Shown here: positions 24,503-37,741 of the stretch, in pieces
Layout of the letters: every line of letters starts with the position of its first letter
Numbering within the stretch: position 1 is the first letter of the stretch
Assembly (NCBI GenBank): GCA_020536535.1
Contig: JAHLWZ010000310.1
Coordinates: 5,805 to 69,804 of the forward strand
DNA from: Pelomyxa schiedti
Lineage: Eukaryota; Protista; Evosea
Reading direction: 5' to 3'
DNA: 64,000 nt
Translations under genes and position numbers: made by a program
Notes under the pieces: generated by a model
Told to the model about the DNA's origin: nothing
The model's input: the letters and a program-made list of their open reading frames with translations, nothing else
Database searches by the model: none

Positions 24503-26678
24503 ATGGCGGCTACGGCACCCCCTGTTGCGAGTCTCGACTCGTTAGATCTCAAAGGTGGGTCTATCGTTTCGCGTTTCCCGTTATGCACTTTTTTCTCCTT
24601 TTTTTTTTGGTGATACGCGTGTGGCGTTTGACCTAGTTTCGGCTTTTGTTTTTTTTGCGAGTTAAATGTTTTTTCTTTTCTTTTTTTTTTTTCCCCTATA
24701 GTGTTGCAAGCTAAAAATTTGCCTGTTACTGGGAAGAAGGAGGGTGCCAAGGCCTATGTCAGACTCAACACAAACTTCAGCACACAACAGTGGAAAACCA
24801 AGGTAACAGAGCGGACATCGTTCCCCGCCTGGAACCAAGACTTCAATGTAATGTAAGTGTTGAAATCAATTCAATTACCTTGATGACTGTTTTGTAGGAT
24901 CCCCACAAACATCACTACACTTACAAAGAGAACTATTATTCTCACTCTCTTTGAGAAGCATTCCTTCCCCCGATCCGGTATGGCTCTCCCAGTAATAACA
25001 AAAAAAAGTGATGCAAAACAGATGTTGTTCTTGGCGAAGCATTCTTGTCCCTTGATGGTGCCTAGTTTTTTGCTCATTCTCGTTTTACTAATAAATTCAG
25101 ATACCAACAATAAGGAGATATGGATTCCGCTGGAGAACGAACCAAAGAGAAAGAGGAACCCCGGACACGCTGAACTTCAAATTGCTTTGGCATTCCATGT
25201 CCAAGTATGCTTCCGCACCAATTACCTCTGTAAACCACATACAGGCAGCTGCCCCCCCTGTCCGAAGAATGGAAGATTTGTACACTGTTGGCGCAGTCCT
25301 AGGAAGGTAGCGGTTAATTGTCTTACTTCCTCCCCTAATTTTTCAACAGAGGAGGCTTCAGTGTAGTCTATGAGGGAATTGAAAAGGCAACTGGAAAGAA
25401 ACTTGCAATTAAATACGTTAACAAACTGGACAAAGAGCCGGAAGTAATCAAGCTTCTACAAAGGCACCACCAAGTTGTTTGACCGTTGTGATAAGACTTT
25501 CTAGGGAGATTTCCGTCATGACAAAATTGAAGCACCCAAATATTGTCGAGCTACGAGACGTTTTTGAAACTTCTTCGGAGATCAACATGGTGCTTGAATA
25601 GTATGCCATTTACGAACAATACTTCTGGTGTAACACTTTGTTTTAGTGTGTCAGGAGGAGAGCTCTACGATAAGGTTTCCCTCGAGTAACGAGTCAGTAT
25701 TGACTTCTTTAGATTATCGAACGAGGTTATTATACTGAGAGAGATGCGGCAGGTGTTATAAAGCAATTACTTCAAGCTGCCGAGTACATGCACGGTCACG
25801 GGGTTGCACATAGGTATAAAGAATAAAATTCGCTTCGTTCTAATCCTCACAAACAGGGATCTCAAGGTGTGTGCCACTTTTTATCTTCTGTTTCTTATTG
25901 CATTTTTAGCCGGAGAACTTGCTTTGTGAAGGTGACCTGGTTAAAGTATGCTGGCATTGTGTTGGGCTTAATTCCAACCACCACCATAGATTGCAGATTT
26001 TGGTTTATCCAAGGACTTCACTATGGCTTCAGTGATGAATACTTGCTGTGGGTCTCCATCCTACGTAGCTCCGGAGGTTCTTTCCGGGGCTGCTGCCTAT
26101 GACTGTGAATGCGATATTTGGTCAATTGGTGTAATCGCTTACGTGCTGTATGTTCTTAGCCCCAACTAGCGTCGATTACTTAGCAATCCTTAGTGTCAGT
26201 GGATATCTGCCGTTCTTTGCCGACAATCAGCAAGAGTTGTTTGAGAAAATTCTTGAAGGAGTTTTCCATTTCAGCCAACCCGTCTGGACTGATGTCTCCC
26301 CACAAGGTTCGTTATCCTGCTGCAGTAGTCACAACGAAAACTCACATTGCGCACCTTTTTATAGCAAAGGACTTCATTACCAAGACTCTCACATTAGCCC
26401 CGGCTTCTCGCCCTAATGCCGCCGATTGTCTACGGCACCCATGGCTAGCTGTATGTTCAATAAACATTAATAAAACACACTCCCACTCACTAAACCCCGC
26501 TACAAGCAAAGAACAACCAATACACACGCGAACAACACCACCATCCCACAATACGAGACCGGGGGTCTAACTCAACACACAACAGGGTGCCGCCGCCACT
26601 GCCCACCTTCCCACCACGGCATCAATGTCTGACCTCAGGAGTGGGTTCAACCCCAAGACAAGAGGAAAGGTAGAGTAG
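24503..26678 (+). CDS. C2-domain plus CaMK-family Ser/Thr kinase (many short introns; 10-nt exon 25857-25866)
   Basis: C2: LDLKVLQAKNLP...KTKV...FPAWNQDF. Kinase: GGFSVVY, LAIK, REISVM, HRDLKPENLL, IADFGLSK, CCGSPSYVAPE, DIWSIGV. Confidence 0.9.
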
Positions 26679-27028
26679 AGAAGACTCAGGGTGTGATAAG
26701 AAGGAAAAGAAAGAGAAACAAAGGGAAATTTGATTGAAAACTCGTGGTGTCTCTCATAAAAGTATTAGCGTAACATCACCTTCTCGCCAGGTTTTTGACG
26801 TTAGTTGCGCTAGTTCCCTGCGTGGGTTTGGGGTGATCTGAACGAAAAAGTAAACACAAAAATAAAAAAATCGGTGGTGTGTGATCGGTGCTGCGTAACC
26901 AGGAAGAAAAAAGAACCCCGAAAGGAGACAGTACAAAGGTGAGGTGTGCTTGTTGTGAGTGCCGTGGGATTTAGTGCGCTTTAAGAGAGCGAGGACGTGG
27001 GTGAACGAGCTCAAACGTAGCGTAGAAA

Positions 27029-29080
27029 ATGACAGAGAAAACGCCGCTAATGGCATCGGTGCGCATAGAGGCACCCTCACCACCATCTGACCCGGAGCCC
27101 AATGAGGCCGCGGACACAGAAGAAAGACATACGTCTGCTGCAGTAATTGTAATTCCACAATACGGGTCAGACACCCAAAATGAAGTCGTTGAAAACGGTG
27201 ATGGTCATCACCACCATCACCACCAACACCACCATCACCACGATCGCCACATCGACGTGGTTCTTCCCGCAGAGGAGTCAGTTAATCACGACGATGAAAC
27301 TCCTATCGCTACTGAAAACCACCCTCTCATTGACAATAATCCCTCTGTATCATCAACACCACCGCTACAATCAATCAACACTCAGGGTCTTCTTTCCCAC
27401 AATTCGGACTATAGCAAAAGACTACTCTCCGACGCCGAGACACGCAGGAAGGCGGAAGCTGACACCCGAAGAGGAAGTTCTTCAGTTGGCGCAACTGCGA
27501 ACTTCATCAAGGGCATGCTCGGTGCAGGTATCCTATCAATGCCGAAAGCTTTCGGCGAATCTGGATTGTGGCTGGGGTCAATAGTGCTCCCACTTTTAAC
27601 TGGAATTACACTTTTCTCCATGCTGATTATTATCAAGGTAATTCTTTCTTATGTTGAAAGTACATTTTGACTCTTATAGCTCAAACGTGCAGCCAACCGG
27701 TCGATCTGTGGCACATCTTTTTCTGGTCCAGTTATAACATACCAGGATATTGGTAGAGCAGCACATCCATACGGGAATTGGGTGGTTCTGGTCTCTGTAG
27801 TTGCATTACAACTGTGTTTCTGTACTGGATGGGTTATTGTCATGGTGAACAACCTTCACACTATGTTGCCGGACTTTTCGAGGCTTTTTCAGATTTTTTG
27901 GGTATCTTTTTTTTTGCTCCATTGGACTCTCTCATTTCGACTCTCGCAGCTTCTCCCGATCTTGGTTGGCTTGACATGGATCAGATACATTAAGCAACTG
28001 GTCTATACATCATTTTTTGGGCTGATTGTGTACTTATTTGGAGTTATGGGCGTATCTTACTACTACGGGGTTCCTGACATCAGTGCGGAGTCTTATCACA
28101 ATTCCGTTCTGTTCAATTGGCAACAACTACCTCTCTTCATGACAACTGCTGTATATGCAATAGGTACAGCGATTGTTACACCTCCAACCATTTATGCGAC
28201 ACATAGGGGGCTTCAATGGGGTCGTTTCATGTGAAGCGACTCTGAAAAAGCCGTCGCATGCTCCTGGAATGGTTTCTATCGGGCTACCTTTGTATGCTTT
28301 CAATGTAATGCTATTTGGGGCTATTATGTACGTGTCCGGCTATGGCACGTGCAGTGTTGTTTTAGATTGTTTGCCCGACGATTGGCCAATTATTGTTGTG
28401 AAGGTATTCTGTTTTTCATTTGAAGGCTTTTGTTCCAACTTAATCCAGCACAGTGTGCATTGACACTGGCGCTTATTTTCACATTCCCACTTGGGATGAA
28501 CTACGCACTTGAAATACTTGAAGACGTTCTTTTCAGTGAACGTACTTCCATCATTGTCCGTTGCCTGGAGAGAACTGTATTAGTAGTGTTAGTATGTGCA
28601 ATAGCCTGGGCTGTTCCCGACTTCTCTGTGTTTAGGTACGTCCCTTCCATCTTACCCAAAACTCCACCAACTCTACCTCAGTAACATTGTCGGTTCCATA
28701 CTTCTTCCATTTGTGGGCTTCATCCTGCCCCCTTATTTATTCTTCCGGTGTGTTTTTCCCCTTTTCGATACTCACTTTACTCTTCCCAAGAACAACAACA
28801 CCCGCACTCTGCACTCTCACCACCACTCTTACCGGTCCCATTCTCCCACATGCACTCCTCCCTTTTGTTTTTGGGGTTCACATGGCACTTTAGCTAACAC
28901 CCACACCACACACATAGGTTGTGTATGCCCGCGCAGTGGTGGCATAAAACTGAGTTTGACACCACGTGGAGCTGGGCACAGCGGTGGCTGTGGGCTGTGT
29001 CACTGACTGCAATGTTGATTTTCGGTGCTGCTTTCCAAATCGTTGGTCTATACACCACCATCATTCAAGACTTCTCGTGA
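27029..29080 (+). CDS. AAAP/SLC36-like amino acid transporter (multi-exon)
   Basis: ATANFIKGMLGAGILSMPKAFGESG signature, multiple TM segments, His-rich N-terminus. Confidence 0.9.
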
Positions 29081-29152
29081 CAAGAATTGTTTGCACAGAA
29101 TAGTAACAAAGAGTAGGGCTGGGTTTGTTTTTTTGTTTCCGCTTGGGTTTGT

Positions 29153-31115
29153 TTATGATTTCGTAAGAGCGGCCTTGAGGGCAGCAACCCAGGCCTGTTG
29201 ATCAGCCATGCTGGATGCTTGAAGGTGGAAGTCGCGCCCTGGGGTTCTGTGTGTTGTGTTAGTTGCTGGATCGACATTGAGTGAAGTGTGCGGTTGGATT
29301 TTTGATGTACCTCAGGGTGAAAGAGAATTCACGGCCTGGGGCAATGTCATTTGTTACATCGGCTTGGGAAAGGCTGATAACTCCTTGTGGTGATGTCTTG
29401 GAGTGGTGTGAGTTTGGAAGTGGGTTGGTTCTTCATACCGAGTCCGAGGTTTTGGAGTAAGTGAGGCTCTTCTTATCGGGGTCCAAGTCGAACCACCTCC
29501 TCTGCCACCCTTTGAATGTTCCGCCGGCATCCTTGAACATCCACCCGGAGATCTAAGAGATATCATGAGTGCATACAGATAGTATTATGGTAATACCTTG
29601 ACCGGCTTTGGGGTTGCTGGTACTGCTGGTGTTGGTTGTGCCGGTTGAATAATAATTGGAGGTTGTGACGAGGCAGATTTGCGGGCACTGGAAGTTGATG
29701 GTGATGATACAGGAGGAGAAGTGGCTCTGGGAGGTGGTGAGACATGTCTGGTTTCTTCCGCGGGTGGTGGTGCTTCTGTTGATTTTGGAGGGGGATTTGG
29801 TACTGTCTTGGGTGGAGGGGTGGGCACAGTCTTTGGTGGTGGCGTTGGTGTAGGTTTGGGCTGCGGCAGTGGTTTTTGGGGGGCAGTTGATGTGGATGTT
29901 GTCGTGGTTGTTGGTGTTGGTGCTGTCCATTGTGTAGCTCCTGTTGTGGTGTTGATAAAGAGTTTTCTACCCTCTGGATCTGTAATGGCCTTCCAATCAG
30001 GTGGAAGGGGCTAGAATACATTAATTACACAAGGATTGAGATGAACTGTACCTGCTCTTCTGCTGGTTTTTTGCTCTGAAAAGCCATACTTTTATGAGAA
30101 AAGCGGTTAAAGGAAAGTCAGACGAACCTTTTTCAAGGCTTTGGGGAGATCCCATTGAGTGTAGTTCCCTATTTTGTGACAATAAAAAGCTCTTCCTGAT
30201 TTGTCTGCGCATTCCATCCAGTCGTCTGGATTAGACTATGTTGATGAGACATTGGAAAGGCGGATAATGTAGCACCTCGAATATATCAGGGAAGTGAAGA
30301 ATCAGTGTGGTTACAATATCAGCATGCTGCTGCATGCTCGTTGCAGCGGAGGCGGGGTCTTCTTCCCGAAAGAGCTTAGGATCACCAGTTAAGGTACTTA
30401 TTATTACATAGAATGTGATACCGATGGCCCAATAACAACACCAAGATTGTTGGCATCCATCATATTTGATCTCGATTCGTCACTGGGCGGTGTAAGACAT
30501 GTTAATCTAAACTTGATGTGCGGACCTGACTTTAACAAGGAATCTCACGAGAATTTGCAATGCCGCTCGATTGTTGGCTGGGAGCCCAGTAACAGCAGCC
30601 GTAAGTGCTCCAAGACTACCATTTCTGACTTGTGCTGCAGACGTATTACTATTAGACAGTCCATAGAATAACTCAGTTGCCTACCTAGAGCATCTTTGAA
30701 CGACTTAACTTTGGCAGGCGGGATGACAGGTTCGTCCAGGGCTTTCAAGTACTGTTTGAAGGCGCTTGTAACATCGTGAGGTGAGAGCTCGGCGCCCGCT
30801 GCAGTGCGTATTGCCCTAGCGACGGACGACTGATCCGTCGACGTAGTAGCGTGAATAGCAGTACCAATGCGCTCTACTACAACACGTCCGCCAGAAACCC
30901 GGAAAAGGCCCTCACACGAGGCACCTATGTCGAAAAATGAGGGGGAAAAAAAGAAGAAAGAACAAAAAAAAAAAATGTCCTCTCAAACGGTGTTTTATGC
31001 GCCGTGCGATTACGGAACTTTTTGTGGTTTTACCCCTGCGAACGAAAAACACAAGGTACATACTGGTAGATAATACATCACACACGGCGCCTACCACCTC
31101 GGGCCGGACGCTCAT
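29153..31115 (-). CDS. RhoGAP - Pro-rich linker - PH domain protein (multi-exon)
   Basis: EGLFRVSG (arginine finger), HDVTSAFKQYLKALDEPVIP, NMMDANNLGVVIGPS; C-terminal PH: ISGWMFKDAGGTFKGWQRRWF...QASSMADQQAWVAALK. Confidence 0.88.
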
Positions 31116-31373
31116 CTCACCACCACTGGTTAGATTTTTTGATTTCTTTGTTTGTTTTTACGTCTGCTGGAAAAAACACTCAGATCTCAGAACACAACAA
31201 CGACGCAGGGTTTTCACTCGTGCCAAATTATACGCCGAAATCTAAAACGAGCGCTCCATCATGACAGAGGCTCGTCAGTGTTGTGGTTTGGAAGTTCTAT
31301 TCTCTGATAGAACCAGCACAATAGCCCCATTGTGTGAATAAGGCTGAATATAACTATGAAAACAAACAACAAG

Positions 31374-32569
31374 TCATGCCAGTGAACTGGAAGATACCCT
31401 GTAGAAGAACATGGAATGAGTAAAGGAAAATCTAAAAAATAATGTTGTAGGGAAATACTCTTCAGAATTATCGGCTATGATATCGAAGGTCAAAACAACA
31501 AAGAATCCGATGAAGAACCATATATGAACCCACCAAACATCAGCACCCTTGGTTTCATGGGCTTCCGCCAACTGAGAAAAACAATTAATATGCAGAAAAA
31601 GATAGCGGGGTGGCAAACCAATTCACAGACTACTAGAAATATAAGGTTGGAAACACCAAATGCATACAGAAGCTGTATTCCATATTCTCCCATTAAAGGG
31701 ATTACAAGAGCACCCAGAAGGCCAGATAAAGGTAGAAATAGAGGGATGACCAAGCACAGTATGATTACTATGTACCTCTTGACTGTTTTTCTCAAGCTGG
31801 TGCTCATGGAGACACCCACAAAGCACATTTCTATTGCCAGTGCAAAGGATACAATAGCTCCAGCAGATAGATCAGCGCTGGCACTGAAAGAAATACTGAT
31901 GAGTAATCCATCCAGCACGGAATTCAAGGTAATGGATAGAACTAAGCCCCATGGAACACCCCGCCATCCATATCGAGTAGTCGGTAGAAGAGCAGTATCT
32001 TCAACATCTTGTACACTAGTTCTGCGATTTGTACTGAAGCTACTTAGTACGGTAAAGACCATGAGAATTTAAACACACAAGGAGCCCACGGGTGTGCTTG
32101 CTTGTGCCTTTTTGGATTCTTTTTCGAATTTTTCAGCAAAGTAGTCACTTATTGCCTCGACTGCAAACATAAGAACAACCCCCACCACAAAGCCAATAAG
32201 TTTTGCAGAATATGAAGCTCCCCTAGATGCCCACTTGTTCAAATCACTTTCACTGGCACTTGGATAGTTCCGTTTTGGAACAGCTGAAGTAGTAAGGTAA
32301 GTTGGAATGCCAATAAAATTACACGGTAATTTTAAAATACAACGATATTAATACTAGAAAAAGAATAGCAAAAAACCAGAGGAAAGCAGCACCGGAGCAA
32401 ATTCAGTTGCAATTGCGCACATTACAACCCCGGACGCGAATTGCTGGAGGGCCGCAGATAACCTGGGCCCAGGCGAGCGCCACACCACCACGATGGAGCC
32501 CCCGATCATCGCAATTGTGGGAAACGCAGTCAGAGCCGCCACTGCCTCGTAGTCCGATGCACTCGCCAT
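31374..32569 (-). CDS. ZIP (ZupT/GufA-like) metal transporter (multi-exon)
   Basis: LQQFASGVVMCAIATEFAP; TLNSVLDGLLISISF; ALAIEMCFVG; ELxLAEAHE. Confidence 0.8.
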
Positions 32570-33177
32570 GTGTTGCGCACACAAGTTGGGTGTGTCTGTT
32601 GCTTGTTTTTTTTTTTTTGCTCCTCTATTTACTCACGGTGGTGGGTTGGGTTGCTCGGGAGACCAAGAGAGGGAGAGATCACGATGAACGACGATGATCT
32701 GCGGTGACGAAACGGCGAACGAAAAAGTGCTTTTCTGAATGTTTTGCTGTTTCGGTTCCTTTGCTTTTTCTCCTTGTCTGAACAAAGAGAGGAAAAGAAC
32801 TCCGCGAAATTCCAAATGGCCAGTTGGCACTGATAAGGTCATGATGCCGGCAGGGCACAGCACAAGCAGAACAAAGCCCTAATTGTCCCCGGTGCCCTGT
32901 TGAGGACTTACCTTGTTCTCTTTCCGCAATGGATTCAACGGACACTTCGAGTGGTTGTGGAGGGAGGAATTTTTGAGAGGGTGGTGCCGATGTACGCTCC
33001 AAAGGATTTCAGGTGTCAAATTGTGATTGTGATTTGATTGGCACATCGAGATTCAAAACGTCTGGAACTTTTGTTCATTTCTTTTCCCCGACCGTCGATT
33101 AATCGCTTGCGTGTCGTTTGTCGTGTCGGTGCTCCGGCGGGTCGTTTTTGAGCTCTAAGATCTCACGGGATCGCACG

Positions 33178-36100
33178 ATGGCAACGACACTGCAACAACA
33201 GGTCTGTTTATTGTAGTTGTTTTGAATGACTACAAACCCTCTCTCTTTTTGCTGTTCAATAGGACCCCCTTTCATCATCCTCTGGTACTACGGGCACTAC
33301 CAGTGGTCGTTCGTACGAGAGTGGGGGAAGCGGCGGGGGCGTCGGCAGTGGCATTGGTAGTGTCTATGATGCACCCTATGGAATTCACAAGCACGCGAGG
33401 ATGGGAGATGCGAATGGTGTTATGGCTTGCCTGCTTAGGCACGATGACATTGATGTGGTATTATGCCCTTTGGTTCGTCTCGATTTCTAACATTCCTAAA
33501 GCAGGTACACCTACTTTCACTTGTGACGTTTCTTTGACTTTTTTTCTTTTAAAATTCTCTTTGGTTGCCAATTGCAGCTGGTAGTCTTCATTCCTCATTT
33601 ATTTTGTTTTTAAGCAACCATTAGCCTGTATGTTACTCTGATTTATGAACAATACCCTAATTTTTTTCTTGCTATATGGTTATTCTGTTTTTAGGATGTA
33701 CGCTTTTCTTTAATTTACTGTTTTGTCTAACCTTTTTTTTTTCGTAGCCTGTATGTTCCTATTCCCTGTTCCTCTTGTTAACTTTTGTGTAGTGGGTATT
33801 CTCCCTTTATTTGACTTATTTCTGTGTCTAACTTTCATTTGCCTCTGGATCTTAAGTTCAAAAACGTATTCCCAATTCCTTTGTAATAAATGACTTTCTC
33901 ATTGTTCACAAGGGGGTAAAGTTGCCTTTTTTTTTGTTTATTACTGACCTTAGTTTCCCGTACAACTCTGTACTTTCTCAGCCTGTATGTTTACTTCTCT
34001 CACCTTTTACACCTCTAACAAGTTCCATTCCAGAGGGTACCCATTTTTCCTCACTTTTTTTACAATATTAACTTCATTGTGTTCTCGCTTCAAATATTTG
34101 TAGATGGTATGAGTGTATTTCTTGCAATCTCTAAGAATAAATAGGACACAGCCTTGCACATAGCATGTAGGCTCAATAATTATGATATTGTGAGACTTCT
34201 ACTTTCCCATGGCGCTTCAACAACAATTAAAAACTCTGCCCAAAAAACACCTCTGGACGTGTCCTCAAAGCAGTTTAATGAAAGAGTTAATGGTGGGTAT
34301 TGAACCATTCAATTTGAATCTAACCTTTGACTAGCCTTGATAATTGAGATTCAAAGGTTTCTTCTGTATTCCCATTTTCAAACACAAACCCTGTCCATCC
34401 AGTGATGTGACCAAAAACAAAGAAGGAATTGTAGTTGCAACACCTGCTGCAAGGCCCGTCCAAGAAGTATCATCACCTAGTCTCTCTCAAGAGAGTTATA
34501 GTCCCATCATTGCACCACAAACACCTCCACCAGTAGCATCTCCAAACCCATCACCACAGCCAGAGTTTGATTCCTCTCGATCATTTACATCAGATGAATG
34601 CATGGTACTACATAATGTTGATTTCATATTGCATTCTCACCGTTATTATTAGAATAAGAAAACCGATAAGCATACAGACCCAGAAGGAACAGGGATGATT
34701 CCAAAAGTTGAGAAAAGTGGGGGTGCCACCACGCCTACTATTGCTGACAGTCCACGAGACAGTCCTATGGGTATGGAAAGGAACAGAGCTGCATCAGCAA
34801 TTGGGACTTCAGGAGGATTATGGGATATGAAGATGTATAAACCAATTGACTCTTTTCCAGAGGTACTTTGATCTCCGGCGGTTATCTCTCAAAATATTAC
34901 AGTTTGAAGATCCTACATATGCACCAGCAAAAATTGAAGAAACAAAAAAACAACAACCAAGTCAAGCTCCCCAACCGGTCCAACCAGTGCAACCAGTGAC
35001 TCAAAAGGCCTTACTTACCCAACCATCAACATTCTTCAAAAAATTTTTTGGAGGAGCCATGGTATTTTCTTTCTTAAATGTGACACAACTAATTTTAAAT
35101 TAGACTGACAAACGCGATACACCATCTTCACCAACAATACAACCCCAGCCAACTCCCCAACTCCCACCACCCTCACAAGCAGTTCAAACGCCTCCCGTGC
35201 AATGGGCAGCTACCACACTACCATCAACACCATCCCCTCAATTCCCACTACCACCAAAACCTGTACATCATGCTCCAGTGCTTGGTGTCAACAGAGCCAG
35301 AACATTCCCACAGAAACCATTGCCTCAAAATCCCCCTTTATCGCCTATTGACACAGAGACTACACACGAAAGATCCCATGCACAGCCACCTCCCACACCT
35401 GTGGCCGCACAACCAATTCCAGACAATCTTCCCACCACACAACCAGCCCTTAGCAACGAGGTCAGTACCCAAGAACCGCATGTCGATACTACTGCTATGC
35501 CAGTACCCACCGACCCAAAAGCAGCAATGCCCTTGCAAGCTGATACACATGCTACTCCTGCAACACAGGAAGTCCCCACTCTGCCTCGAACCACTGAACA
35601 AATCTCACCCACGGTTGCACCTTCCCCCTCACCAGTACAAGTGCCGGATGCACCTCCGGTACAACCAGCCCTCACGCAAGTCCTTGAAGCAACCATTACA
35701 GACGCCACGCCTCCTCAAGTACCTCGTGTTGCCATTCCAACTGATGACCCATCCGCACTTTCTCCGACCCTCCCACAGCTTCCTCCACCTCCCCTTCCAC
35801 AACTTCCTATTCCCCCGCTTACCCTAGATATAGCTTTACTTCCACCTCCGCCTCCAGTTCCTACAGGCCTTGTTCAGCCTCTTGGTGTGGCACCCACACC
35901 TCAAGGTTTACAGCAGCCGGGACACACACCAACGCAGATGGCACAGTCACCCTCACCTGTTCTCCACCACCATGGAGTCCAAAGGAATGTCCCACTCCCC
36001 CCAGGCTGGATAGAACGGAAAGACCCCAAAACGGGGGCATTTTACTTTGTAAATACAGTAACAAAGACATCACAGGTACCACCACAAATCTCTTTCGTCT

Positions 36101-37579
36101 TAACTAATTGAGGCAGTGGGCCAGGCCAACCGCTCCCGCTTCCAAACCATGTATCTTTCTAGTCCCAAGATATATTAAATTCATTTTAAAACTTCTCAAT
36201 AGCTATTCCACTTCCTCCTACACCTGTACAGCGGCATCAACCACAAGAGGATTCACAAAATCATCATTTGGCATCATCTGAGACATCAACTTTGGATGAA
36301 ATACAACAAAAACTGGAGTTGTTGAAACAAACTGAATTATTATTGCAACAAAAACAAGTATGAGGTCTGAATTTGGTGGCTTTTTAATCAATACTAGGAA
36401 GAACTCGCTCGAAAAGAACGGGAGCTGGAAGCACGGAAAAACCTAGAGGCAATTCGATCAGCTCAACCAAATTGGCAGATTAATTTTAGCGATCTGGTAT
36501 TACAAGAAAAAATAGGAGAAGGAGGATACGGCGAGGTACTTAACTTTCAGTTTCCAATGCCTTCTAGGACTAATTTGTATGAAGGTATATAAAGGCACAT
36601 GGCAAGGCACAGTAGTTGCCATAAAAACTCTGAAGGGATTTGAGTCCTCACTGAAAGAAATTGCCTCTTTTACGAAAGAAGTGTCAATTCTCAGGTTGAT
36701 TTCTACTTACATCGCACTTCTGACATATAAAAGGACCTTGCACCATCCAAATTTGGTGCTATTCCTTGGTGCCTGTACTGCCCCAAAACTCTGTATGGTT
36801 TCAGAATTCATGCACGGTGGAAGTTTATTTCAATTACTGTACGTGATCACCACCATCCCTTTGTTGACCACAATAGTTATAAAAAGAAAGTGGTACCCAC
36901 ACCTCCAAGAAGACAGATTCTAGCTCTAGATATGGCACGAGGATTAGCATACCTTCACAATTGTCATCCACCAATTATACACAGGTAGAATTTTCGTATC
37001 AACTTATCATAAGAATATTCTGGCAGAGATATCAAGAGCCTTAACATCCTCTTGGACGAAAAAGCAGAACACGCTAAGATATGTGATGTTGGACTTGCTA
37101 GGGTTTTTGATGATGACACCGCCTCACTTATGACGAATGCCGTTGGTACATTCTGCTGGATGCCTCCGGAAATGATGGTGTGCCATATCCAGTTACTCGT
37201 CGTCGATTAATGTCACACAGAAAGGAGAAAAATATAACGAAAAGGCGGACGTGTAGGCTTTCTCTCTCCGAGATGGTGTAATACCCCTATTAACCGTTTT
37301 CCCAGGTACAGTTACGCTTTAGTAGTAACAGAGATGATTACCGGGAAACTCCCGTTTTCCGGGCTGGCACCGGCACAGATAACACTCAAAGTGGCAGTCT
37401 CACAAGAAAGACCACCTCTTCCCACCTCGGTACATCTCTTTCTTAGACTCTTTACCAGTTCTCACTCTTTTCAGTTGAATCACCAGTGGCGGGAGCTTCT
37501 AGTTGCATGCTGGGCCCAAGACCCAACCACAAGGCCCTCCTGCATCGAAATCATTCAGGCACTCACCAGCATGACGTAG
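33178..37579 (+). CDS. Ankyrin repeat - Pro-rich - WW - tyrosine-kinase-like (TKL) protein kinase containing a microexon array
   Basis: ANK: IHKHARMGDANGVMACLLRHDDIDV...DTALHIACRLNNYDIVRLLLSHGASTTIKNSAQKTPLDV. WW: PLPPGWIERKDPKTGAFYFVNTVTKTSQ|W. Kinase: IGEGGYGEVYKG, VAIK, HRDIKSLNILL, ICDVGLAR, GTFCWMPPE. Confidence 0.9.
33458..34144 (+). other. Array of 12 GT-AG introns separating 11 phase-0 microexons
   Basis: Exons CAG 33502-4, CTG 33578-80, CCT 33625-7, GAT 33695-7, CCT 33748-50, TGG 33793-5, TTCAAAAAC 33857-65, GGG 33913-5, CCT 33982-4, AGG 34034-6, ATG 34104-6. Each is flanked by a pyrimidine-rich tract plus AG upstream and GTA downstream. Confidence 0.85.
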
Positions 37580-37741
37580 ACAGAGTACTTCCCCGACCCC
37601 AAATCACTAGAGTGTAACGCACTAACACAAAAAAGGCAAAAATTATCCATCCTATCCTTCTCTCTTTCATACCAACATTATGTGTAAGGGAGTAGTATTC
37701 CTATCAACCCCAATCTGTGGTAATTAACTATCTTTCATTAT

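Noticed and set aside
33954-33959. Possible extra 6-nt microexon TTTCCC (TTAG|TTTCCC|GTAC) in the array
   Set aside because: The following intron would be only 22 nt, well below the roughly 38-nt minimum seen elsewhere. It could still act as a mutually exclusive alternative to the CCT at 33982, but that is unsupported.
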